From a virus, in IMG/VR virus record IMGVR_UViG_3300009001_000006, positions 1-64,000 of that record: 64,000 nucleotides of DNA; one strand, given 5' to 3'. Both the position numbers and the translations under genes were made by a program. The notes beneath the pieces were generated by a model. It ran no database searches. It was not told where the DNA came from and was given only the letters and a program-made list of their open reading frames with translations. Position 1 is the stretch's first letter, and each line of letters starts with the position of its first letter. This document shows, in pieces, positions 37,723 through 47,044 of the stretch.

Positions 37723-38427
37723 TTGACTAGAAAAAGAAAAAAAATAGACAATAAAATTGTGCCTCCAGAAAAAGCTATAGGTTTTAAAAATCAATTAAAG
37801 CCTAGAAGCATAAACCAAAAAAACTATATAAGAATGGTGGCAGACAATACCGTTACATTCTGCCAAGGTGTTGCGGGTAGCGGTAAAACTCATATTGCTA
37901 TCGGTATGGCTTTAGAATATTTGGTATTTAATAAGGTTGAAAAAATTGTTATTACCAGACCTGTTGTAGAAGCTGGTGAAAGGCTAGGCTTTTTACCAGG
38001 AACAGCTGAAGAAAAACTTCATCCCTACTTGCTTCCTATCTTTGATGAAATTAACTATTTTTTAGAAATGCATAGTTATGCAAAATTAAAAACAGGTAGA
38101 CAAATAGAAATAGTACCTTTGGGGCTTATGAGAGGTAGAAGTTTTCATAAAGCTTTTATAGTTGCTGATGAGTGTCAAAACGCCTCTTATGATCAATTAA
38201 AAATGCTATTGACAAGAATAGGTACGGATAGTAAAATGGTATTAACTGGTGATGTGGCACAATCTGATTTGCAATATCAACAGAGGGGTGGTTTCTATAG
38301 ATTAGCGCACGTTTTAGAAGAAGTAGATGGTGTTGGCGTTACTTCTTTAGAAGCATCTGATATAGTGAGAAATCCAATCATAGGTAAAATTATAGATAAA
38401 ATTAATCAAGATGAACACCAAGCATAA
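37723..38427 (+). CDS. phoH: PhoH family ATPase
   Basis: GVAGSGKT, ITRPVVEAGERLGFLPG, MRGRSF, DECQN, GDVAQSD; TTG start. Confidence 0.95.
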   Translation: MTRKRKKIDNKIVPPEKAIGFKNQLKPRSINQKNYIRMVADNTVTFCQGVAGSGKTHIAIGMALEYLVFNKVEKIVITRPVVEAGERLGFLPGTAEEKLHPYLLPIFDEINYFLEMHSYAKLKTGRQIEIVPLGLMRGRSFHKAFIVADECQNASYDQLKMLLTRIGTDSKMVLTGDVAQSDLQYQQRGGFYRLAHVLEEVDGVGVTSLEASDIVRNPIIGKIIDKINQDEHQA

Positions 38428-38977
38428 ACCTTGTTTAGTGCTTAATCTAGACTATACGCCAATATCTATTATTGATTGGCGTATAGCTATAACTTGGTAC
38501 TTTAAGACATTAAATAAAAAAAGACCAATTGTGGATATTATACAATACTATCCACACGAATCCATTATCGGTTGCTCAAAGCAGTACGCAATACCTAGTA
38601 TTATTAAGCTTAATAATTATGTAAAATCTAATAGAAATAGCGTTAAATTTTCTAGAAAAAATTTATTCTTAAGAGATAATAACACATGTCAATATTGTGG
38701 TAAAGAATATCTTCCGCATAAATTAACATATGATCATGTTATTCCAAAATCAAAATGGAACAGTAAGAAATCGGCCACATCATGGGAAAATATCGTTACC
38801 TCCTGTAATTTTTGTAATAGAAAAAAGGGCGACAAAACACCAGAACAAGCTAATATGAAATTATTATCCATACCTAGAAAACCCTCTTTTAGCTATAAGT
38901 TCTTGCCTTGGTACGACACAATGACTAATATAGGATATATATCTGAATGGTCTGATTTCTTGCCCGTGGAGCATTAA
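38411..38977 (+). CDS. HNH endonuclease (McrA/HNH_5-like)
   Basis: LVLN.DY.P, RD..TCQYCG, TYDHVIPKS, WENIVTSC..CN..KG. Confidence 0.92.
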   Translation: MNTKHKPCLVLNLDYTPISIIDWRIAITWYFKTLNKKRPIVDIIQYYPHESIIGCSKQYAIPSIIKLNNYVKSNRNSVKFSRKNLFLRDNNTCQYCGKEYLPHKLTYDHVIPKSKWNSKKSATSWENIVTSCNFCNRKKGDKTPEQANMKLLSIPRKPSFSYKFLPWYDTMTNIGYISEWSDFLPVEH

Positions 38978-39394
38978 ATGAAAATCGACAAAACACAATT
39001 TCATGTAACCCATCATAAAATTGGCACTAAAGAAAATAAATTATACACATCTAAAGACAATGCTACTTTTTTAGATGAGGATGATTTTCCACGAACAGAT
39101 AATATAGACGAAGCTTATGCTAAAGCTATTTGTAACAAGAAAACAAAACATATCACAGACCGAAAAAAGCATTATAGTTATTATATTAAATGTAGCCCGG
39201 ATCAGGAAGCCTTTAATCCGATAAAACTACACTCATCCATCAAAGATAAAACAACAAATAATTTCATCAACTCTATTTGTAAAAACGAATGGAGGTTTAG
39301 AGAGGTAGATCAGGTTATTTTTGATAAATACATTTCATTCTTAAAAAACGAAAATATAGTATTACTAAAAGATATTAATAGGAGTTTAAAATAA
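38978..39394 (+). CDS. Hypothetical protein
   Basis: Abutting ORF in the operon. Confidence 0.65.
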   Translation: MKIDKTQFHVTHHKIGTKENKLYTSKDNATFLDEDDFPRTDNIDEAYAKAICNKKTKHITDRKKHYSYYIKCSPDQEAFNPIKLHSSIKDKTTNNFINSICKNEWRFREVDQVIFDKYISFLKNENIVLLKDINRSLK

Positions 39395-39736
39395 TTGCCG
39401 TCATACACATATCTATGCGACGAGTGCGGGCTAAAAACAGAAGTTTTTTTTACACTTAAAGATTACAAAGAAACCATAGAGTGTTCATGTGGTGCGGATA
39501 TGAGAAGGTCTTATCAGGATGATCTTATGAATATGGGTGGTTCTGTTATAAAGTCAGATTCGGAATTAAAGACTATAGGAGATTTAGCCAATAGAAATAG
39601 AGACAGAATGACAGACGACCATAAGGCAGCATTATATGAGAAACATAATTCTTATAAAGATGAAGCCGATAAAAAACCTATGCCTACCGGAATGTCTAGA
39701 ATGAAAAAACCAAAACAAAAGTTTAAATGGAGATAA
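39395..39736 (+). CDS. FmdB-family zinc-ribbon protein
   Basis: MPSYTYLCDECG...CSCG; TTG start. Confidence 0.75.
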   Translation: MPSYTYLCDECGLKTEVFFTLKDYKETIECSCGADMRRSYQDDLMNMGGSVIKSDSELKTIGDLANRNRDRMTDDHKAALYEKHNSYKDEADKKPMPTGMSRMKKPKQKFKWR

Positions 39737-39738
39737 AT

Positions 39739-40059
39739 ATGAGAAAAAATAAAAATCAAGAATATGCTATATTATGGTTAGCTTCACAAAATAAAAAACC
39801 GGCAGAAATAGCCGATGAATTAAATGTAGGTATAGAAAAAGTAGAAGCAGCGATTAGGGTAAATAGCGAACCAAAACCATCTAAGCAAAAAAAGAGTAGT
39901 AAGTCTAGAGATCTTATGATTAGTAGAACATCGAATAAAGGCAATAAAAGTGTAGCTATTATGACAGAACAAGCCTCTATGCTAAACGATGAGCTGAAAA
40001 AAAAGCAAAGAAGTCGTCCTAAAGATACTCAGAGCTATATTCATAAGCCAAACGAATAA
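39739..40059 (+). CDS. Small HTH-like protein
   Basis: KPAEIADELNVG..KV HTH-like segment; GGAG RBS favours ATG 39739. Confidence 0.55.
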   Translation: MRKNKNQEYAILWLASQNKKPAEIADELNVGIEKVEAAIRVNSEPKPSKQKKSSKSRDLMISRTSNKGNKSVAIMTEQASMLNDELKKKQRSRPKDTQSYIHKPNE

Positions 40060-40070
40060 ACCACAACATC

Positions 40071-40493
40071 ATGAGTGATAATAAATTTCCATCCAAATAC
40101 TCTAATGGTAAATTTGTATCTGCTGCTCAATTTATTACAGAAATGATATGTGAGAATAAAGCTCGGAAAGACAAGAAAGATTTACACTATAGATTTTGGA
40201 CCAACAAAGAGTGGGCATCTTTTTATAGAAGCCAGATAGCATCGGCACATAAACTACTTAAAAAATATGAAGTAATGGCTATAGCTAAGGCACTAAAACA
40301 TGATAAGGCTCGTAAAATTTATTCTTTGCGAGCACCACACCTCATACCTATCATAGATCAACAGCAGTATATTTTGGATCAACAGGTGCATAAAGATGTT
40401 GACTATAGTGAGAGTAGAGCTGTACAAAACAATGAATTCAGGAAAAGCACAAACAAAAAATCCATCATATCCAAACTCAGAGAGATAGAATAA
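40071..40493 (+). CDS. Hypothetical protein
   Basis: 140 aa ORF directly upstream of recA. Confidence 0.65.
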   Translation: MSDNKFPSKYSNGKFVSAAQFITEMICENKARKDKKDLHYRFWTNKEWASFYRSQIASAHKLLKKYEVMAIAKALKHDKARKIYSLRAPHLIPIIDQQQYILDQQVHKDVDYSESRAVQNNEFRKSTNKKSIISKLREIE

Positions 40494-40494
40494 A

Positions 40495-41502
40495 ATGACA
40501 CTAAAGGATGATGTAAAAAAGAATTTTGGTAATGAAATTATCCAAAGCGCTAGTGCTCTTATGGATAGAGAATCTGTCATCATTCCGCTCAGTCCTGCAC
40601 TAGATATGGTCTTGGGTGGTGGTGTTCCAGAGGGTAGTTTTGTCGTGCTTACAGGACAGCCAAAATGTGGTAAAACCACGACATCTCTAGATTTCGCAGC
40701 GACAGCACAGAAGCCAGAATACCAAGGAAGCCTCAAGAAACCCAGACATGTGTATTACCTAAATATAGAGGGTAGGCTGAAAAAGAGGGATTTGCAAGGT
40801 ATCAAAGGTTTAGATATGGATCGGTTTGATATCATAGGCTCGCAAGAAGGTAAGATTTTACACGGTGAAGAGTATTTACAAATAGCAGAAAGAATTATTA
40901 ATGAAGAACCAGGTTCTATTTTAATTATTGATTCATATTCAGCTATATGTACAGCCGCAGAAATTACTAGCGATATGGATAAAATGCAAAGAGCTGATGG
41001 GGCAAAGTTATTGGCAAAATTTTGCCGTAAAGTCGCTAATGTAATTCCTGTCAATAAAAATGTTGTTATAGGAATTACTCACCTTATGGGTAATCCAACA
41101 GGATATGGTGCTGAATTTAAAGAAAAAAGTGGTCAGGCCATAGCATATCAAACTGATATTAAAATGAGAGCAAAAACATTCAAAGCATGGAATCTTACCG
41201 ACAACACTCAAATAGGTCAGACTGTTGAATGGCAAGTGTTGTGTTCGGCGTTAGGTCCTCCTGGTGGCGTTACAACATCATATATTAGATATGGAGATGG
41301 TATTGATAAAGTCACAGAGATTATGATGTTGGCAATCGATATAGGTATCATTGCTAAGGGTGGTGCTTGGTATAGTTTTGATTTAGACGGAGAAAAACAA
41401 AAATTCCAAGGAACAGAAAAACTCAGACAGTTTTTTGTTGACAATCCAGAAGCATATGATAAAATACTATCATTGACGAAGGAAACAATGGGAATCAAAT
41501 GA
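40495..41502 (+). CDS. recA: RecA/UvsX recombinase
   Basis: LDMVLGGGVPEG, GQPKCGKTT, IIDS, GGAWY. Confidence 0.9.
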   Translation: MTLKDDVKKNFGNEIIQSASALMDRESVIIPLSPALDMVLGGGVPEGSFVVLTGQPKCGKTTTSLDFAATAQKPEYQGSLKKPRHVYYLNIEGRLKKRDLQGIKGLDMDRFDIIGSQEGKILHGEEYLQIAERIINEEPGSILIIDSYSAICTAAEITSDMDKMQRADGAKLLAKFCRKVANVIPVNKNVVIGITHLMGNPTGYGAEFKEKSGQAIAYQTDIKMRAKTFKAWNLTDNTQIGQTVEWQVLCSALGPPGGVTTSYIRYGDGIDKVTEIMMLAIDIGIIAKGGAWYSFDLDGEKQKFQGTEKLRQFFVDNPEAYDKILSLTKETMGIK

Positions 41503-41903
41503 ATGCTGTAGGATTAGATGGTTATGAGTATAAAATTTCTTTAGCTTCATTAACCACTAAAAGTAGTTTAAATAATAAATCTAATTTCCATTTGTTAGCA
41601 AGGGAATTACTTAAACAAAACTATCCAACTTTGCAAATATTAGAAGAGATACCTATACAGATAAGAAAATCAGAAACTTTATATATGGATTTTTTTATAC
41701 CACTGAGTAAGAAATGCATAGAGGTTCACGGCGAACAGCATTATGAGTTCACACCATTTTATCATAGAACCAAATTAGATTTTTTTAAACAGCAAAAAAG
41801 GGACAGAGAAAAAAGAGAGTGGTGCCATATCAATAATATTGCTTATATAGAATTGCCATATAATAAACAAGAAGATTGGTTGGAGATTATTAATAATGCA
41901 TAA
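41499..41903 (+). CDS. PD-(D/E)XK / Vsr-like endonuclease
   Basis: MDFFIP...IEVHGEQHY...D..K..WC..N.I.YIE. Confidence 0.75.
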   Translation: MNAVGLDGYEYKISLASLTTKSSLNNKSNFHLLARELLKQNYPTLQILEEIPIQIRKSETLYMDFFIPLSKKCIEVHGEQHYEFTPFYHRTKLDFFKQQKRDREKREWCHINNIAYIELPYNKQEDWLEIINNA

Positions 41904-42390
41904 AACAAGTAAAGAAGAATTAGAATATTGGGATAAAATCTTAGATGAGTACGAAAATTCTATAGGCTTGCCATCTAATAACAGTAACACAGAAACATCT
42001 GACGAGCTGAATCAATATCTTACAATGAGTAGGGACGTTATAGAAAGATTAACCCCTGAAGATTGTGCTCAAATTTCATACAGATTAGGACAGATGTCTT
42101 TTCATATACAAAGAACATTAAATAGAGAAATAGCTCGACACAACTGGGCAGAAGATACCGCTAAGATGGTTATTGCTGAAGAACTAAACAACTATAAGGG
42201 ATATGGGTATATCGAGAAATTCTATCAAGCAGTAAAAAATAACGACAGAGCAAGTAGTCTATATAAGATACAAAAATATGCCAAACAAAGAATGGATAGG
42301 TTGTCGTACTTATCAAATAGTTTAAAAAATTTATCTGATATTTTATTAGCAGTACAAAGAAATAAGGTGAACAATGTCAAACATGCCTGA
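41896..42390 (+). CDS. Helical protein, possible recombination mediator (UvsY-like)
   Basis: All-helical/coiled-coil pattern and position between recA and dnaB; no motif proof. Confidence 0.4.
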   Translation: MHKTSKEELEYWDKILDEYENSIGLPSNNSNTETSDELNQYLTMSRDVIERLTPEDCAQISYRLGQMSFHIQRTLNREIARHNWAEDTAKMVIAEELNNYKGYGYIEKFYQAVKNNDRASSLYKIQKYAKQRMDRLSYLSNSLKNLSDILLAVQRNKVNNVKHA

Positions 42391-42781
42391 AGATATTTTA
42401 CAAAATCCTGAGCAGCTAAAAAAATTCATTGCTGCTTTATCCAGCCTATTGCCTCCGGAAGAAAATAATGTACCGGAAAAGCCAAAGGCTAAAAAAACTA
42501 GAACGACCAAAAAAACCACCAGAAAGACCACTAATAAAACTCGTACATCAGAAGAAAGACATAATAAATTTTTAGATATGGCCGAGAATAATATGTTCAA
42601 AGAAGATCCAAAGGTTGCCAAAAAACTATATAATCAACCACCAATGAGGCGAAGAAGTAAAAAAGCTAAATTAAGTGTGACATGTAGAATTTGTGGTAAA
42701 AGAGAAGAAATATCTTCATCATTATTATATGGAGATAAAGATCGTTACAAATGTAATAAGTGTTGTAGCAGCGCGGGTTAA
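42374..42781 (+). CDS. Basic protein with C-terminal zinc ribbon
   Basis: KKTRTTKKTTRK tract; CRICG...CNKC. Confidence 0.65.
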   Translation: MSNMPEDILQNPEQLKKFIAALSSLLPPEENNVPEKPKAKKTRTTKKTTRKTTNKTRTSEERHNKFLDMAENNMFKEDPKVAKKLYNQPPMRRRSKKAKLSVTCRICGKREEISSSLLYGDKDRYKCNKCCSSAG

Positions 42782-42798
42782 TATCATTTAGAGATCAT

Positions 42799-44262
42799 AT
42801 GAAAAATACTATACTGGCAGACCCTTCTGCCGAAAGAGCAGTTCTAGCTGGTTTGTGTAAATATGGTGAAAATGCCTATTTAGATATAGCAGATATTCTG
42901 TCTAGCTCTGTTTTTACTATAGACAGTAATCAGGTTATATACAACTGTATTAAACATATATATGAGCAAAATAATACCTCAGAAATAGATCTTGCTTCTA
43001 TATATTCTGCGGCACAAGAATTAGGATGCTCTGAGTTAATTTCATCAAAAGAAGAAACTTTACATATTAAAGCTATCCTTATGTTTCCTGTTGAACAAAG
43101 CAACCTAAGGAAATTTGCTACAAAAATTAAAAAGCTAGAAATTGCCAAAACGATCTCGCAGCAATTAAATATTGCCCAGCAAGATATAGAAAATATTACG
43201 GGTACGGAATCTATTAATGATATATTAAATATTGCAGAAAGCAAGGTTTTGGATCTGGGTCAATTGCTTGGTGATGGTAATAATGATCCAGAATCTATTG
43301 GCAAAAATATCGAAGAATATATTAAAAATCTAGAAGAAAACCCGATATCTCAAGTGGGTCTTTCTACGGGCTTCCCCATCTACGATAAAGCTATTGGTGG
43401 TGGGCTCAGAAAAAGTACCGTAAATGTTATCGCAGCTAGACCAAAAACAGGCAAAACCCTACTCGCAGACAATATGGGTTATTTTTTGGCTAGTAACGGC
43501 ATACCGGTTTTAAATATGGACACTGAGATGACTACTGAGGACCATATCAACAGAATCCTGGCGATGATGACAGAGATAGACATGTCAACCATTGAAACTG
43601 GCGGCTTCAAAAATTCTAGTGACCTAAAAGCTAAAATACACGAAGCTACCCAAAAATTACAAAGCACTAAACTGTATTATAAATCTATTGCTGGTAAGCC
43701 ATTTGAAGAACAAATGTCTATTATGAGAAGGTGGCTAATTAAAGAAGTAGGACTCAATGATGATGGCACAGCAAAAGATTGTGTAATATTTTACGACTAT
43801 CTAAAACTCATGGATAGTCAAGGAATCAGCCAAGATATGAAAGAGTATCAGGTCTTGGGTTTTATGATGACGCAATTACATAATTTTGCCACAAAATATA
43901 AATTACCTATAGTCGCATTTGTTCAATTAAATAGAGATGGTATTACTAAAGAAAGCACAGATACCGCTAGCGGATCAGACAGAATCATTTGGCTTTGTAG
44001 TAATTTCTCCATTTTTAAGCGTAAGTCCGATGAAGAAATTGCAGAAGACGGTCCCACTGGAGGTAATAGAAAATTATTGCCGGTAGTAAGTAGACATGGT
44101 GCTGGCTTAGACGATAACGATTATATCAATTGTCATATGCAAGGCTGGTGTGCAAAAATAACAGAAGGTAAAACAAAATTAGAATTAGCTAATAATCCCA
44201 CAAAAGATTTTGAGATAAATAATGATGGAACTAGCGATCAAGAAGAAATACCGTTCATATAA
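42799..44262 (+). CDS. dnaB: Replicative DNA helicase
   Basis: AERAVL, STGF..YD..IGG, AARPKTGKT, DTEM, FYDYL, QLNR. Confidence 0.93.
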   Translation: MKNTILADPSAERAVLAGLCKYGENAYLDIADILSSSVFTIDSNQVIYNCIKHIYEQNNTSEIDLASIYSAAQELGCSELISSKEETLHIKAILMFPVEQSNLRKFATKIKKLEIAKTISQQLNIAQQDIENITGTESINDILNIAESKVLDLGQLLGDGNNDPESIGKNIEEYIKNLEENPISQVGLSTGFPIYDKAIGGGLRKSTVNVIAARPKTGKTLLADNMGYFLASNGIPVLNMDTEMTTEDHINRILAMMTEIDMSTIETGGFKNSSDLKAKIHEATQKLQSTKLYYKSIAGKPFEEQMSIMRRWLIKEVGLNDDGTAKDCVIFYDYLKLMDSQGISQDMKEYQVLGFMMTQLHNFATKYKLPIVAFVQLNRDGITKESTDTASGSDRIIWLCSNFSIFKRKSDEEIAEDGPTGGNRKLLPVVSRHGAGLDDNDYINCHMQGWCAKITEGKTKLELANNPTKDFEINNDGTSDQEEIPFI

Positions 44263-45388
44263 TCAAACAGAAATCAAGAATATATGCGACGGCTTATGTA
44301 ATAATATAGAAGATTTTTGTAGTGCATTAAATTTAGACTGCGTTCATAATGATAAAATGATCACAATGAGCTGTCCTATTCATGGTGGAGATAATCCATC
44401 AGCACTCAATCTTTATCATGGTGTAGACGGTAGCTATGATTATAGTGTTGGCAATTGGGTTTGTCGCACACATCATTGTGAGAAAATTTTTCAGCCTTCT
44501 ATTATAGGTTTTATGAGAGGGGTTTTGTCAGTTGGCGAAAAACAATGGCAAAAACCAGGGGATGAAATGTATCCTTTCGCCAAAACAATCGAATTAGCTT
44601 TAAAAATTCTTAAGAAAGATGTTAAGGATATTCGCATCCAAAATATCAACAAAGAAAAAAGTAATTTTACTAGACATATACACACAATATCTACTCCAGA
44701 CGTGGTAGTAAACCCAAATATCACCAGAGATGTAGTGCGTAGCACATTAACTATACCATCTGATTATTATGTCGATAGGGGTTTTACCAAAGAAATATTA
44801 GATAAGTATGACGTGGGTTTATGCTCAAATCCAAAGAAAGAAATGTATGACAGGGTGGTTGTACCAATATATGATCAAGATTATAAATATATGGTTGGCT
44901 GCACCGGTAGAAGTATCTATAATAAATGCAACAGTTGCGGCTACTTCCATAATCCACAATCAGAGTGCATAACTGGCAAATGGGCATGGAAGTATTCTAA
45001 ATGGAAACATAATAAAGACTTCAAAGCAAAAGACCATCTTTATAATCTATGGTTCGCCAAAAAACACATAATGCAAAGCGGGGTGGCTATTATAGTTGAA
45101 AGCCCTGGGAATGTCTGGAAATTGGAGCAAGCAGGAATTCATAACTCTATTGCAATTTTTGGCACATCTATGAGCGATAGGCAGAAAATGCTATTAGATT
45201 GTTCTGGAGCCATGTCTGTGATAATAGCATTAGATCCTGATGATGCTGGTGTTGATGGGGCAAAAAAAATACAGGATAAATGCCAAAGAACATATAATAC
45301 AAAAATTATAAGCAATTTGAAAACAGATATAGGCGAAATGACTACCGAAGAAATAGAAACTATTTTAAAGCCACAGATGGAGAATTGA
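44222..45388 (+). CDS. dnaG: DNA primase (CHC2 Zn finger + TOPRIM)
   Basis: CPIH..DNPS..C..C, RVVVPI....GCTGR, KW, LYN, IVES, DPDDAG. Confidence 0.88.
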   Translation: MMELAIKKKYRSYNQTEIKNICDGLCNNIEDFCSALNLDCVHNDKMITMSCPIHGGDNPSALNLYHGVDGSYDYSVGNWVCRTHHCEKIFQPSIIGFMRGVLSVGEKQWQKPGDEMYPFAKTIELALKILKKDVKDIRIQNINKEKSNFTRHIHTISTPDVVVNPNITRDVVRSTLTIPSDYYVDRGFTKEILDKYDVGLCSNPKKEMYDRVVVPIYDQDYKYMVGCTGRSIYNKCNSCGYFHNPQSECITGKWAWKYSKWKHNKDFKAKDHLYNLWFAKKHIMQSGVAIIVESPGNVWKLEQAGIHNSIAIFGTSMSDRQKMLLDCSGAMSVIIALDPDDAGVDGAKKIQDKCQRTYNTKIISNLKTDIGEMTTEEIETILKPQMEN

Positions 45389-45389
45389 T

Positions 45390-45983
45390 ATGAGTATAAT
45401 TATAGCTATGGCTGGCAGAAAACAATCTGGAAAGACAAGTGCTTGTGAATATATTGCTAAAATATTTGCTAAAGAAGCACAATTAAATTCTGCTATATAT
45501 AATTTTGCAGATCCATTAAAGCAGATGTGTATTAGTATCTTTGGCTTAACATATGAGCAATGTTATGGTTCAGATGACCAAAAAAATGAATCTGTTAATT
45601 GTAAATGGCCAGATAGTGGTAAGGTTATGTCTGCTAGAGAAGTTATGCAATATGTTGGTACTAACGTTTTTAGAAAAATGCAGCATAATGTTTGGGCAGA
45701 TGCTACCATTAGAAAAATACAAGATGAAAAATTACCATTAGCTTTAATTGCTGATTGTCGCTTTCCTAATGAAGTACACGCCATAAAAAATGCTGGAGGA
45801 TTAGTCATTAAACTCAACAGAAATCTGTATAACTCCTCGCATGAAAGCGAAATAGCATTAGATGAAGATCAATATGACCCATCCAACTTTGATTTGGTTA
45901 TAGACAATAGAAACCTAGAAATTACAGAAACCCACCAATTAATTAAAAACTACCTACAAGTAAAGAGGGTACTACCATTATAA
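45390..45983 (+). CDS. Deoxynucleoside monophosphate kinase (T4 gp1-like)
   Basis: AGRKQSGKT, FADPLK, REVMQ.VGT, DCRFPNE, HESE. Confidence 0.9.
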   Translation: MSIIIAMAGRKQSGKTSACEYIAKIFAKEAQLNSAIYNFADPLKQMCISIFGLTYEQCYGSDDQKNESVNCKWPDSGKVMSAREVMQYVGTNVFRKMQHNVWADATIRKIQDEKLPLALIADCRFPNEVHAIKNAGGLVIKLNRNLYNSSHESEIALDEDQYDPSNFDLVIDNRNLEITETHQLIKNYLQVKRVLPL

Positions 45984-47041
45984 TTACATATTTTAGAAGC
46001 TCCTCTTACGGCACACATAATATGTGCGAACAACAATATTTTATTGAATACGTGTTAGGTAGAAGAGGGCTATCTAATAAAAAAGCAGATAAGGGCACAA
46101 TTGTACATAAGGTTTTAGAAATTTTAGCCCTTATGAAAAAAGGTGTTCAGGATAAAGAAATTATTATAGTGGATGATATTATTGGCGATATTAATTTGGA
46201 AAAATGTGATATGTTTGATAATACATACGTTCTCTATTTGTGTAATGCTGTATACGATTACTATACTTCACAATTTACCCATCATCAATGGTTTGATAAA
46301 GATAGAAAAGATTGTATAGAATGGGTTAGAAAAACCTTAACATCCAATAACCGTCTTTTTGATCCAAGACTAAGAAATATTTTTAGAGCTGAACAGCATT
46401 TTGATATTTCTATAGACAAAGAGTGGGCTAAATATAAATACGACACACCAAATGGCCCGCTAGAAGGTGTTCTGTCTATCAAGGGTACTGTAGACTTGAT
46501 CACACAAGTATCGGACGACACTTTGGAAATTATTGACTGGAAAACAGGTAAAAGATTGAATTGGGCAACTGGTGAAGAAAAAACTCAAGAAAAATTAGAA
46601 CAAGATCCTCAATTAAGAATTTACCATTATGCTATACACAGGCTTTTCCCTCAATTTAAACATATTATTATGACCATTAATTTTATGAATGATGGTGGTC
46701 CGTTTTCCATTTGTTTTGATAATGAAGATAATGCTATAACAGCAGAATATATGATTAGAGAAAAGTTTGAACGCATAAAAAAGAATAAACGGCCCCATCT
46801 AAAGAAAACCTGGAAGTGTACCAAATTATGCCATTTTGGAAAAAACAGCTTCTTGGAGGACGAGCACGTTGCTCCTATGATAGAGTATAGAGATGGTCAC
46901 ACAACACCCAAAGACCAACTTATGACTCAGTGTGAACAAATTAAACACGACAACGACATTAATGGTATGGATTATGTTGTTGACAATTATACATTACCAG
47001 GACATTCAGTAGATAAATATAAAGCTCCAGGAGAAGTTTAA
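45977..47041 (+). CDS. PD-(D/E)XK exonuclease (Cas4/AddB-like)
   Basis: SS...C, GTIVHKVLE, E, GTVDL, IIDWKTG, QL.IY, C..C; frame open upstream of ATG 46022 to an ATT with GAGGG RBS. Confidence 0.85.
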   Translation: MIITYFRSSSYGTHNMCEQQYFIEYVLGRRGLSNKKADKGTIVHKVLEILALMKKGVQDKEIIIVDDIIGDINLEKCDMFDNTYVLYLCNAVYDYYTSQFTHHQWFDKDRKDCIEWVRKTLTSNNRLFDPRLRNIFRAEQHFDISIDKEWAKYKYDTPNGPLEGVLSIKGTVDLITQVSDDTLEIIDWKTGKRLNWATGEEKTQEKLEQDPQLRIYHYAIHRLFPQFKHIIMTINFMNDGGPFSICFDNEDNAITAEYMIREKFERIKKNKRPHLKKTWKCTKLCHFGKNSFLEDEHVAPMIEYRDGHTTPKDQLMTQCEQIKHDNDINGMDYVVDNYTLPGHSVDKYKAPGEV

Positions 47042-47044
47042 TTA

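Noticed and set aside
40293-41498. Several minus-strand ORFs of 75-147 aa opposite recA
   Set aside because: They overlap a well-conserved + strand gene and show no motifs or RBS.
45977-47041. Cas4-like nuclease as evidence of a CRISPR-Cas system
   Set aside because: No array or other cas genes. Stand-alone PD-(D/E)XK nucleases are common in phage replication modules.
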